DNA of 64,000 nucleotides. Source: Hydrogenophaga intermedia (GTDB lineage: Bacteria; Pseudomonadota; Gammaproteobacteria; Ga0077536). Position numbers and translations under genes: made by a program. A model generated the notes under the pieces. The model was not told the origin of the DNA. It made no database searches and saw only the letters and a list, made by a program, of their open reading frames with translations. The stretch is from assembly GCA_943370145.1 (NCBI GenBank), contig CALRPY020000008.1:24328-88327 (forward strand). The letters run 5' to 3'. Below are positions 15,858-25,029 of the stretch, piece after piece (position 1 is the stretch's first letter; the number at the start of each line of letters is the position of its first letter).

Positions 15858-17132
15858 ATGCGACGGTCGAACAGGGCACGGAACGGTGCGCGTGCCTGCG
15901 CCGCGCTTGCACCGCTGATGGCCGTTGCCGGGCAGGCGGCTTTGGCGCTGGACCTCTCGTTCCAGCCGCAGGTGCGCCTGGGCACCAGGGCTACTGATAA
16001 CGTGCGGTGGAGTTCCGCAAACGAGGAAGCCGCGCTCGGCTTCGACAACGGCGGCGGAGCCGTCGTGAAAGTGGAGTCCATGGACTGGAAGTCGACCATC
16101 ACCCCGAACTTCAATTTCCGCCGCTTCGCGATCGGGGAAGATCTGGATGCGGACGAATATGGCGCCAGGTCACAGCACCAGTGGCTGGCGACGGACCGCC
16201 TGCAGGCCGGCTTGAACCTCGACTACGTGCGCGACTCCACGCTCACGACGGAACTGGCGGACGCCGGCGCCAGGAACATCGTGTCGAACCGCGACACGCT
16301 GACGGCGCAGCCCAGCCTCACCTTCCTGGTGGATGACCGCACCTCCGTGAATGGCAGCTATCTCTACCAGGATGTCAGCTTCGACAACAGCGGCAACGGC
16401 CAGCTGGTGGACTTCACCTTCCAGCAGTTCACGCTGGGCGGCACGCACCTGCTTACAGACGACATCCGCCTGTTCGCCACCGCCTTCGCCAGCGAGTTCG
16501 AAACGCCGGACACCAATGGCAAGACGCGCACCTACGGAGGCCAGGGCGGCGCGGCCTACCAGTTCACGGAAGACTTCAGCGTGGAAGGCGCAGTGGGCTA
16601 TGTCAGCAGCGACATCGAATTCCAGACCAGCTTCCTCGCGCTGGACCTGGGGCCGCCGCCACGCATCGTGCTGGTGACGGAGCAGGACGAGACCTCCACC
16701 AGCGGGCCCATCGCCAGCGCCAGTGTCCAGAAGAGTTTCGAGAATCTGCGCACCCGCCTCGACTACGTGCGGCGCGTGACGCCCAGCATCCGTGGCAGCC
16801 AGCAGTTGGAAGACGACATCATGGTGACGTTGGACCGTGACCTCAGCCGCGAGTGGCGGCTGGGGTTCCGGGGCGGCTACAACATGCGCAGCGCGGAGGG
16901 TGAAGACGTGGCGGTAGGCCTCAACCGGTTTCGCGTGGACGACCTCAACCGCGACCAGGCGATGGTGTCCGGTAACGTGTCTTACCGGTTCACGAACGAA
17001 ATCTCGATGCGCGGCGAATACCGGTTTTCCTACAACACTTTCTCGAACGAGCTGCAGGACTCCGTATATAACCACAGCTTCTTCGTGACGCTGAACTACG
17101 ACGGCGAACCGCGCTTCCTGCGCGGCTACTGA
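15858..17132 (+). CDS. PEP-CTERM-system-associated outer-membrane beta-barrel protein (TIGR03016-like)
   Basis: Signal peptide (ALAPLMAVAGQAALA). Alternating beta-strand pattern and an aromatic C-terminus (PRFLRGY). Its position between the export protein and the chain-length determinant matches XrtA loci. Confidence 0.65.
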   Translation: MRRSNRARNGARACAALAPLMAVAGQAALALDLSFQPQVRLGTRATDNVRWSSANEEAALGFDNGGGAVVKVESMDWKSTITPNFNFRRFAIGEDLDADEYGARSQHQWLATDRLQAGLNLDYVRDSTLTTELADAGARNIVSNRDTLTAQPSLTFLVDDRTSVNGSYLYQDVSFDNSGNGQLVDFTFQQFTLGGTHLLTDDIRLFATAFASEFETPDTNGKTRTYGGQGGAAYQFTEDFSVEGAVGYVSSDIEFQTSFLALDLGPPPRIVLVTEQDETSTSGPIASASVQKSFENLRTRLDYVRRVTPSIRGSQQLEDDIMVTLDRDLSREWRLGFRGGYNMRSAEGEDVAVGLNRFRVDDLNRDQAMVSGNVSYRFTNEISMRGEYRFSYNTFSNELQDSVYNHSFFVTLNYDGEPRFLRGY

Positions 17133-17167
17133 TTACACAAGGCAACGAGCAGAACCAGGACCAAGCC

Positions 17168-18916
17168 ATGGAAGAAGCCCTTACATTCCGCCCGAACTAC
17201 GGCGAAGTCATCAAGCGGCGCCTGCCGCTGTCACTGGCGATAGGCCTGACCCTGCTGCTGCTGACCCTGGGGCTGGCCTTCGGCCTGCCGTCGGTCTACA
17301 AGTCGCGCGCGGTCATTCTGATTGAAGCGCAGGAGATCCCGCAGGACCTCGTGCGCTCCCTGGTGACGAGCTTCGCCGACCAGCGCATGCAGACCATCGC
17401 GCAGCGCGTGCTGACCAACGCGAACCTGGGCGAGATCATCCAGAAGTACGACCTCTACGCGGACATACGCGAGCGCGAAGCGCTGGAAACCGTGCTGGAG
17501 CGGATGCGCGGCGATATCAGCATGCTGCCAATCAGCGCCGACGTGGTGGACCCGAAGCAGGGGCGCGCCGTGCAGGCGACCATCGCCTTCGAGCTGGCCT
17601 ACGAAAGCGAGTCTCCGCAAATGGCGCAGCGGGTGGCGAACGAGATTGCCAGCCTCTTCCTCAACGAGAACCTTAAACAGCGCACCGAGGCTTCGGCAGA
17701 CACGCTGTCCTTCCTGAGCAGCGAATCCGAGAAGCTGCGCGACACCGTGGGTGAACTGGAAAGCAAGCTCGCGGAGTTCAAGAAGGGCAACGTGGAACGG
17801 CTGCCTGAACTCACCAACCTCAACCTCGAGCTGATGAACCGCACCGAAGTTCAGCTGAACCAGCTGGAAACCCAGCTGCAGTCCCTGCAGCAGCAGCGCG
17901 TGTACCTGGAGTCCGAACTGGCGCAGCAGAAGCCCAGCACGCAGATGATTTCGGAAACCGGCGAACGCATCCTGGGCCCGGCGGACCGGCTGAAGGTGAT
18001 GGAAAGCGAGTTCACGCCGCTGGCCGCCCGCTACGGCGCGAACCATCCGGACGTGGTGAGCATGCGCCGCGAGATTGAAGCCCTGCGCGCGCAGGTGGGT
18101 GGCGGCAATGCCGGCAGCGAACTGTCCCTGAAATTGCAGCAGGCCCAGGCGGACTACGCCCAAGCCAGCAAGAAGTATGCGCCGGAGCACCCGGACGTGA
18201 AGCGCCTGGCGCGCGAAGTGGAATCCCTGAGGACCCAGCTGGCCGGCATGGGCAACGCGGCGCCAATGCCGGCGCCGGCAGCCACACCGGACAACCCGGC
18301 CTACATCCAGCTGCAGGCGCGACTGTCCGCGACGGATTCCGACATTGCCTCTGTGCGCTCACAGCAGGCGACCCTGCGCGCAAAACTTGCCGAACTGGAA
18401 GACCGCATCACCAACTCGCCCGAAGTCGAGCGCCAGTACCGCATGTTGATGCGTGACTACGAGATTGCCCAGGCCAAATACCAGGAGGTGCTGGCGAAGC
18501 GGCAGGAAGCGGAACTCGCCAGCAGCCTGGAAACCAAGCAGCGCGGCGAACGCTTCACGCTGATTGAACCGCCGATGATTCCGGAAGCACCTTCCAGCCC
18601 GAACCGCATGGCCATCGCGCTGCTGGGCGTTCTGCTGTCCATGGCCTGCAGCGTGGGCGGCGGCGCGCTGGCTGAGAACCTGGACTCCAGGATTTACGGC
18701 CGCACCGGGGTGTCGCGGCTGCTGGGCGTGCCGCCCCTGGCCGTCATCCCGAACCTGGACGCAACGGTGAACAGGGCCTGGTACCAGGGCGCGTGGCTCA
18801 AGCTGGCGGCGGCGGCGCTGGTGCTGGCCCTGCTGGGCGTGCTGGTCATACACCTGACGATGGGCCCGCTGGACGTCTTCTTCTTCCGCGCGCTGCGCTT
18901 CGTGGGCCTTTCGTAG
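17168..18916 (+). CDS. Polysaccharide chain-length determinant (Wzz/PCP family, PEP-CTERM-locus subfamily)
   Basis: N-terminal TM followed by 'YKSRAVILIE', a long periplasmic coiled-coil region, and a C-terminal TM pair after 'FTLIEPPMIPEAPSSPNR'. Confidence 0.85.
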   Translation: MEEALTFRPNYGEVIKRRLPLSLAIGLTLLLLTLGLAFGLPSVYKSRAVILIEAQEIPQDLVRSLVTSFADQRMQTIAQRVLTNANLGEIIQKYDLYADIREREALETVLERMRGDISMLPISADVVDPKQGRAVQATIAFELAYESESPQMAQRVANEIASLFLNENLKQRTEASADTLSFLSSESEKLRDTVGELESKLAEFKKGNVERLPELTNLNLELMNRTEVQLNQLETQLQSLQQQRVYLESELAQQKPSTQMISETGERILGPADRLKVMESEFTPLAARYGANHPDVVSMRREIEALRAQVGGGNAGSELSLKLQQAQADYAQASKKYAPEHPDVKRLAREVESLRTQLAGMGNAAPMPAPAATPDNPAYIQLQARLSATDSDIASVRSQQATLRAKLAELEDRITNSPEVERQYRMLMRDYEIAQAKYQEVLAKRQEAELASSLETKQRGERFTLIEPPMIPEAPSSPNRMAIALLGVLLSMACSVGGGALAENLDSRIYGRTGVSRLLGVPPLAVIPNLDATVNRAWYQGAWLKLAAAALVLALLGVLVIHLTMGPLDVFFFRALRFVGLS

Positions 18917-18988
18917 GCAGCCAGCGCGCAAAAATCCCTGGTGCTCCCGTGAGGGGGCGGTAAACGGCCCAAAGCAGGCGGTGGATCA

Positions 18989-19813
18989 ATGGAACGAATA
19001 AAGCAGGCACTGGAAAAAGCGAAGGCGGAGCGTGGCACACAGGAAGGCCCCGCCGGATACGCGGCACCCGCACACGCCGCGCCGCGTGGTGACGGGCCGC
19101 CCCTGGCCGAGACCACCATCCAGTATTCGCAGACCAAGATAGCGCAGCTGGACCCGCGCCACCTGCAGGCCATGCACGTGATCTACGGCGACGCGGACCG
19201 TGTGGGCCTCACGGCCTACAAGATGCTGCGCACCCAGGTGCTGCAGCGGATGACAGCCCGCGGGTGGAACGCCCTGGCCGTGACCAGCCCCGCGCCGGAG
19301 GACGGCAAGACGCTGACGGCCATCAACCTCGCCATCAGCCTCGCGCGTGAACTGCACCAGACCGTGCTGCTGGTGGACATGGATCTCCGCAATCCCAGCA
19401 TCCATCGGTACTTCGGCTTCAAGCCGGCGCAGGGCATCGGTGACTACCTGCAGGGCAGGGCGCCGATGAGCGATGTGCTGGTGAACCCCGGCATCGAGCG
19501 CCTGGTGGTGATGCCGGGGCGCAACGCGATAGAGAACTCCTCCGAAATCCTGGCCTCCCCGGCGATGGGCAGCCTGGTGCAGGAACTGAAGACGCGGTAC
19601 CCGTCGCGCATGGTCGTGTTCGACATGCCGCCGGTGCTGTCCGCGGATGATGCGCTGTCTTTCGCGCCCTTCGTGGACGCCTTCCTGCTGGTGCTGCGTG
19701 ACGGCAAGAACACCAGCAAGGAACTGGAACACACGATGGAGATCATGAAAGAGGCGACCATCATCGGCACGGTGCTGAACGCTTCAGACGAAAAGATCTC
19801 CCCGTACTACTAG
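18989..19813 (+). CDS. Exopolysaccharide tyrosine-autokinase-like P-loop ATPase (BY-kinase catalytic domain)
   Basis: 'AVTSPAPEDGKTLTAINLAISLA' (Walker A), 'VLLVDMDLRNPS' (Walker A'), 'MVVFDMPP' (Walker B). C-terminus ends in YY. Confidence 0.8.
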   Translation: MERIKQALEKAKAERGTQEGPAGYAAPAHAAPRGDGPPLAETTIQYSQTKIAQLDPRHLQAMHVIYGDADRVGLTAYKMLRTQVLQRMTARGWNALAVTSPAPEDGKTLTAINLAISLARELHQTVLLVDMDLRNPSIHRYFGFKPAQGIGDYLQGRAPMSDVLVNPGIERLVVMPGRNAIENSSEILASPAMGSLVQELKTRYPSRMVVFDMPPVLSADDALSFAPFVDAFLLVLRDGKNTSKELEHTMEIMKEATIIGTVLNASDEKISPYY

Positions 19814-19818
19814 CCGCC

Positions 19819-20685
19819 ATGTACGAGAAACACTTCGGTTTCCGCGAGCGGCCCTTCGCACTGAGCCCGGACCCGGCGTTTCTCTACCGCAGCCGCAAGC
19901 ACGGCATGGCCCTGACCATGCTGGAATACGGGCTCGTCAACGACGCGCCCATCATCGTCATCACCGGTGAAATCGGCGCCGGCAAAACCACGCTGATCCG
20001 CCAGCTGCTGAACCAGATGGACGACCGGACCTCTGTCGGCCTCATTTCGAATACCCACAAGGCTTTCGGCGAACTTATCCAGTGGGTGGCCATGGCCTAC
20101 GGGCTGCCCCATGAGGGCCGGGACAAGGTGTCGCTCTACCGGGCTTTCGTCGATTTCCTGATAGCGGAGTACGCGAAGGGTAAGCGCACGGTGCTGATAG
20201 TGGACGAAGCCCAGAACATGGACGCGGAGACGCTGGAGGAGCTGCGCGTGATCTCCAACATCAACGCGGACAAGAACCTGGTGCTTCAGCTGGTGCTGGT
20301 GGGCCAGCCCGAGCTGCGCGATACCCTGCGTCTGAAGCGGCTTGAGCAGTTCGCGCAGCGCATCGCGGTGGACTACCACCTGGATGCCCTGGACTTCAAG
20401 GAAGCGCGCGAGTACATCCAGCACCGGCTGGAATTTGCCGGCGGCAGCAAGAACATCTTCCAGCCGGACGCCATCCTCGAAATATTCAAGCATTCGGAAG
20501 GCGTGCCGCGCCTCATCAACTCCCTGTGCGATACAGCGCTGGTGTATGCCTTCGCCGAAGGCCGGCAACGCGTAACGGGCAAGCTGGTGATGGAGATGAT
20601 CGAGGAAAAGAAAGCAAAGAACCTCTTCGGCGCGGGGAAGCTGCGTTACGCCGAGGAAACGGAACAAGGATCGCCAGAGTCATGA
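19819..20685 (+). CDS. PEP-CTERM/XrtA-locus-associated AAA ATPase (ExeA/GspA-like 'secretion ATPase')
   Basis: 'FGFRERPFALSPDPAFLY' N-terminus, Walker A 'ITGEIGAGKTTL', Walker B 'VLIVDEAQN'. Confidence 0.8.
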   Translation: MYEKHFGFRERPFALSPDPAFLYRSRKHGMALTMLEYGLVNDAPIIVITGEIGAGKTTLIRQLLNQMDDRTSVGLISNTHKAFGELIQWVAMAYGLPHEGRDKVSLYRAFVDFLIAEYAKGKRTVLIVDEAQNMDAETLEELRVISNINADKNLVLQLVLVGQPELRDTLRLKRLEQFAQRIAVDYHLDALDFKEAREYIQHRLEFAGGSKNIFQPDAILEIFKHSEGVPRLINSLCDTALVYAFAEGRQRVTGKLVMEMIEEKKAKNLFGAGKLRYAEETEQGSPES

Positions 20686-21803
20686 CCCAGGAAAGAATGA
20701 AAATCGTGCTGGTGGCGGGCGCCCGCCCCAACTTCATGAAGGTGGCCCCGATCATTCGCGAGTTCAGGAAGCACGAAGACGTCTTCGACTGGCGGCTGGT
20801 TCACACCGGCCAGCACTACGACCATGGCATGAGCGACGTGTTCTTTGAAGAACTGGGCATCCCGCAGCCGCACTTTCACATGGGCGCGGGTGGCGGCAGC
20901 CACGCTGAGCAGACGGCGCGGATCATGATCGAATTCGAGAGGTACTGCGCCGAAGAAAAGCCCGCGCTCGTCATGGTCGTTGGGGACGTTAATTCGACCT
21001 TGGCGTGCTCAATTGTTGCCAAGAAACAAGGATGCCGAGTGGCTCATGTGGAAGCAGGCCTTAGAAGCGGCGATATGAGCATGCCAGAAGAAATAAACCG
21101 AATCGTTACCGACTCAATCTCAGATCTCTTTTTCGTTACCGAACCTAGTGGTCAAAGCAACTTGCTCAAGGAGGGGCACTCGGAGCGAGATATTTTCTTC
21201 ATCGGTCACGTAATGATCGACAACCTTTTTTTTCAATTAAGGCGTCTGAATGAAGAAGGCGCGAAAAGCCTGGAAACAGATTCTCTAAAAAAACGGTACG
21301 AACGTTACGGCGTAGTGACGATGCATAGACCTGCTAACGTGGATCACTATCCTACGCTCAAGGGAATTGTCGATGCTTTGAACGAGATCTCTCAGACCCT
21401 TCCGCTCATATTTCCCATCCATCCAAGGACAGCGGCAAACCTGGAGAAGTTCAGTCTTAAGACGAGCGACCGAATCGAACGCCTCAGCCCGCTACCATAC
21501 ATGGAGTTCTTGAATCTCTGGAAGGATGCACTAATTGTTTTAACGGACAGTGGAGGGCTCCAAGAAGAGACCACCGCGCTTGGCATTCCATGCATTACGA
21601 TGAGGAGCAATACTGAGCGCCCGGTAACAGTGTTAGAAGGCTCTAACATCATCGCAGGAACGAACCCCCAAGAAATCCTCAGGCTGACATTGGAGACGAT
21701 TCATTCACCCCCAACTCAAAAGCGACGAATTCCTGAGTTCTGGGATGGGAATGCGGCGTCAAGAATGATGACTGTGCTTATCCCTGCCGGTGGTCAGAAT
21801 TGA
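20682..21803 (+). CDS. wecB: UDP-N-acetylglucosamine 2-epimerase (non-hydrolysing)
   Basis: 'MKIVLVAGARPNFMKVAPI...VHTGQHYD..MSDVFFEELGIP', 'GDVNSTLA', 'HVEAGLRS' and 'PEEINR' are WecB/MnaA hallmarks. ATGA overlap with the upstream gene. A GC-content step occurs inside the gene at about 20.96-21.0 kb. Confidence 0.85.
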   Translation: MTQERMKIVLVAGARPNFMKVAPIIREFRKHEDVFDWRLVHTGQHYDHGMSDVFFEELGIPQPHFHMGAGGGSHAEQTARIMIEFERYCAEEKPALVMVVGDVNSTLACSIVAKKQGCRVAHVEAGLRSGDMSMPEEINRIVTDSISDLFFVTEPSGQSNLLKEGHSERDIFFIGHVMIDNLFFQLRRLNEEGAKSLETDSLKKRYERYGVVTMHRPANVDHYPTLKGIVDALNEISQTLPLIFPIHPRTAANLEKFSLKTSDRIERLSPLPYMEFLNLWKDALIVLTDSGGLQEETTALGIPCITMRSNTERPVTVLEGSNIIAGTNPQEILRLTLETIHSPPTQKRRIPEFWDGNAASRMMTVLIPAGGQN

Positions 21804-21906
21804 AGCAGCTTGGTCCCGCCCTGTTCCGACATGAACGACTAATCCACTGTTTAATAAATGTCGAAGCGGTTGAATACCTGATTCGAAACCAATAGGAACC
21901 CTTCGC

Positions 21907-23076
21907 GTGGTCGGCAGAAAAGTTCGTGTTGCCGTTTTGACAAACATAATTCCGGAATATCGCCGGGATTACTATCTAAGGCTTTTCAACGATGGTCGCC
22001 TTGACATAACGGTTTACTGTCAATCGGCAATACCTGGAATGAATCTTCCGTCCGTCCACCGTGAACTAGGCAATCAGGTCGTAGAGGTCCCGTTTCACGG
22101 TGCAAAACGCGAAGCTTTCGGTTGGCAAAATTTGCCTTGGCTAGAGCTATTGCGCGGATACGATGTCTATTTTGTGCTTGGTAATCCTCGAGTGTTTTCG
22201 AACGTCCTCATTTCTCTCTTATTGCTTCTGATAGGCAGAAAGGTAGTCATCCAAGGCCAACTTCACACCAGTGGAAGCGTTAAGTTCCTGGAGAATCTTC
22301 GTCTGCTTTGGTGGCGCGCGTTTCAATACATTTACTTGTATAACGATCATGAGGTATTGGCCCTAGCCGAGAGAAAGGGGTTCCAGAAAAAAATAATCGT
22401 AGGAATGAACAATGGCCTGAACCAGGAATTAATTGAGGCAGCCATAAAGATATGGCCGGCGGATAAACTCGGTGCTTGGCAGAAAGCTAAGAATCTTGAC
22501 GGAAAAATCGTGGTGCTTTCATGCGCACGCCTCGAACCGAAGAATCGGTTCAATCTTATGGTTGAATGTCTACCGAAACTGACCAAGCTTCAGCCTAATT
22601 TGTTGTGGTGCGTGATTGGTGACGGCCAAGAGCGGGATGCGCTTCATGCCGCGGCTGAAGAGTTGGGCATGAGAAATTCGGTCTGTTGGTTAGGTGCGGT
22701 TTATGATGAAAAAGACCTCGCACCTTGGTTTCTCAGTGCAAAGGCGTTTGTCCATCCTGGATCTATTGGGCTCAGTCTTCTACATGCCTTCGGATATGGG
22801 TTGCCCGTAGTTACGCATGATAAGTCGGAGCAGCATATGCCCGAATATGCAGCACTCGAAGTAGGAAAAAACGGATATGTCTATGAATTCGGTGACGCGC
22901 AAGACTTGATACGGTCACTTCTCCGGACAATCTCGGAGTCTGCGAAGTTAAGTGATTGTGCCAAGCAGACTGCAGTTGAACGATTCAACACGCGCATCAT
23001 GGCCAAGCGATTCGGCGAGATGTGCATGACGGCAGCAGAGCGCGATACCGGGGGAAAAGCGGAATCATGTGTTTAG
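21907..23076 (+). CDS. Glycosyltransferase, GT-B fold (family 4/1-like)
   Basis: The C-terminal half has 'FVHPGSIGLSLLHAFGYGLPVVTHD' (EX7E-type region) and 'RLEPKNRF'. Low GC. Confidence 0.7.
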   Translation: MVGRKVRVAVLTNIIPEYRRDYYLRLFNDGRLDITVYCQSAIPGMNLPSVHRELGNQVVEVPFHGAKREAFGWQNLPWLELLRGYDVYFVLGNPRVFSNVLISLLLLLIGRKVVIQGQLHTSGSVKFLENLRLLWWRAFQYIYLYNDHEVLALAERKGFQKKIIVGMNNGLNQELIEAAIKIWPADKLGAWQKAKNLDGKIVVLSCARLEPKNRFNLMVECLPKLTKLQPNLLWCVIGDGQERDALHAAAEELGMRNSVCWLGAVYDEKDLAPWFLSAKAFVHPGSIGLSLLHAFGYGLPVVTHDKSEQHMPEYAALEVGKNGYVYEFGDAQDLIRSLLRTISESAKLSDCAKQTAVERFNTRIMAKRFGEMCMTAAERDTGGKAESCV

Positions 23077-23188
23077 CGCGGCTGAACATCGATATTTGGA
23101 TGAGAGAGTGTGCGCGGCACGATAAGAGTGCCAGCGTGCGGCACTTGCGCAGCAGTATCGAAGGCATCAAACGTGGCCTGTCCTTCAA

Positions 23189-23434
23189 ATGAAAAGGGTT
23201 GGAATCAATAGGCTTTCGGCGCGCCCGGGATGCGTCGGTGGAAGCGAGTATTATTTCGTCCGCCAGTTGCTTGGGTTAGGCAAATTGACCCACGATTTTG
23301 ACGTGGCTGCGTATGTGCTGCCTGGTTTCGCAAAGTCTAACCCCGAACTCGCTGGCCGGCCGCATGAGCCGCAGCGAGTACTCGCGCGATCGCCAATGGA
23401 ACGCCTTTCAGGCGCTGTGCGTCTGAAGTCATGA
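23189..23434 (+). pseudogene. N-terminal fragment of a GT-B (family 1/4) glycosyltransferase
   Basis: 'MKRVGINRLSARPGCVGGSEYYFVRQLLGL...FDVAAYVLPGF' matches the usual GT4 N-terminus (M+IGIN.L...PG..GG.E.Y...LL..L). The ORF ends after 81 codons at an ATGA junction with the next gene. Confidence 0.6.
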
Positions 23435-24594
23435 AGACGCGATCCTCAGTTTCGGACACGGCTGCTTTCGGGCTGTGGAGCCATGATTTCAGCATGGTGA
23501 CGGGACAGGCCTTCGTTACCGCACGTGCCGCGGCGCTGATGCGACAGCGGCAGGTTTGCGAGTTCATCTACCGCGGGCCCGGCCTGGCGATGCTTCAGAC
23601 TTGGCTGCGCTGCGCGGTCGGCTTGTGGTCGGCGGTATTGCGCAACCGTGTGAAAACGCTCTATCTAGTGTGCTCGCGCTCCAACGCGGGATTCCTTCGC
23701 GACCTGCCGGCCTACTTGGTGACCTTCTTCGGGGTTCGAGTACTGGTCCACGCCCACGGCTCGGACATCGTCGACCTGATGCACCGTCCGCTGTGGGGCG
23801 CATTCGCTCGCAGCCTGTTGAAGCGCTGCGAACTTATCGTGCCGTCCGCGCACCTGTTGCAGCCGTTGACAGCATGCGGCATCGCGAGGCTTCATCTGTG
23901 CGAAAACTTCGCGTTCGGTGTGCAGCCCAGTGCCGCGGACGGCGGCTGGGCCTCTCCACCGGGATCGCACAACGCCGGCCTGAGCGTGCTGTGGAACTCG
24001 AACATCCTCGCCAGCAAGGGCTTCTTCGCCGTGGCCGGAGCCGTGGAAATGCTGCATCGCGACGGGCGCGCGATCAAGCTGGTTGCCATCGGTTCGCCCA
24101 TGCCAGACTGTGAAATGTCGATCGAGCAGGTTCGACAGGTATTGAACAGTCTCAGCGGCCGGCCCTGGATCGAACTGCGCGGGCCGGTCGGTCGCGAAAG
24201 TTTGACCCGACTGCTGAACCAGGCCGATGTCGTCTGTCTGCCGTCTCGCTACGTGTCCGAATGCCAGCCCCTCGCGGTGATCGAAGCGATGTGTGCTGGC
24301 CGGCAGCTCGTCGTATCGAACTCCCCGGCGCTGTCGGCCACCGTTGGCGACTACCCGTGCGAGATCGTCGAGTCGATCGATGCCGCCTCGGTGGCGGCAG
24401 CGCTGTCGCGGCTGTCACCTTCACACCCAGGGAGGCGGGCGCTGGAGCACGGCGCGGCCGCGGCCCGCGCCCGCTTCTCGGCGGAACGCTTCGACCGCGT
24501 ACTCGCCAGCATTCTGGACGGCGCCGGGTCCGGCACCCCGGTAGATGCGGACCGGCCCGGCAAGGCATCGTCCATTGCGCGGAAAACAGCATGA
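23431..24594 (+). CDS. Glycosyltransferase, GT-B fold (family 1/4-like), high-GC gene nested in the low-GC cassette
   Basis: 'VLVHAHGSDIV' and 'ADVVCLPSRYVSECQPLAVIEAMCAGRQLVVSN' (EX7E-like). GC clearly higher than the flanks. The true start within the first ~25 codons is uncertain. Confidence 0.65.
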   Translation: MKTRSSVSDTAAFGLWSHDFSMVTGQAFVTARAAALMRQRQVCEFIYRGPGLAMLQTWLRCAVGLWSAVLRNRVKTLYLVCSRSNAGFLRDLPAYLVTFFGVRVLVHAHGSDIVDLMHRPLWGAFARSLLKRCELIVPSAHLLQPLTACGIARLHLCENFAFGVQPSAADGGWASPPGSHNAGLSVLWNSNILASKGFFAVAGAVEMLHRDGRAIKLVAIGSPMPDCEMSIEQVRQVLNSLSGRPWIELRGPVGRESLTRLLNQADVVCLPSRYVSECQPLAVIEAMCAGRQLVVSNSPALSATVGDYPCEIVESIDAASVAAALSRLSPSHPGRRALEHGAAAARARFSAERFDRVLASILDGAGSGTPVDADRPGKASSIARKTA

Positions 24595-24983
24595 ACAGAA
24601 TCTCCCATACCCTCTGGCTGGTTAGTGGGCGATGCAAGATTGTGCGTCCAGGCCGAGTTCCGGCAGCCGACCGTGATGGACTCATCAAAATGGCGCTTGG
24701 CGTTGCATTCCCAAGTGAATATGAGGGATCGGGTGCCCCTGCGCTTGAGGCAATGGCCCTCCGAACGCCACTAATTTCAAGTGCCTGCGGAAGCCTTCCG
24801 GAGGTGGTTGGTAACGCTGGACTTGTGCTGCCACTGGAAGGTGATGCATGGGCACATGCCCTGGAGAATGTAGGAGCGCGGCGTAGCGAGCAAATTGCCT
24901 CTGGACGCCAGCGTGTCCTCGAATACTCTACGCAAAAAAGCGCAGAAGAACTTTTAGCGGGCTATCGCTTGGCACTCGCATGA
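24591..24983 (+). pseudogene. C-terminal fragment of a GT-B (family 1/4) glycosyltransferase; probably the other half of 23189..23434
   Basis: 'VAFPSEYEGSGAPALEAMALRTPLISSACGSLPEVVGNAGLVLP' is the canonical GT1/GT4 C-terminal motif block. Only about 125 residues remain and there is no N-terminal Rossmann domain. The ATG overlaps the stop of the nested gene (ATGA). Confidence 0.6.
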
Positions 24984-25029
24984 GGGCGGCGTTTTGACGT
25001 CGGAAGGCGAAAACGTTCGCCCGCGGCCA

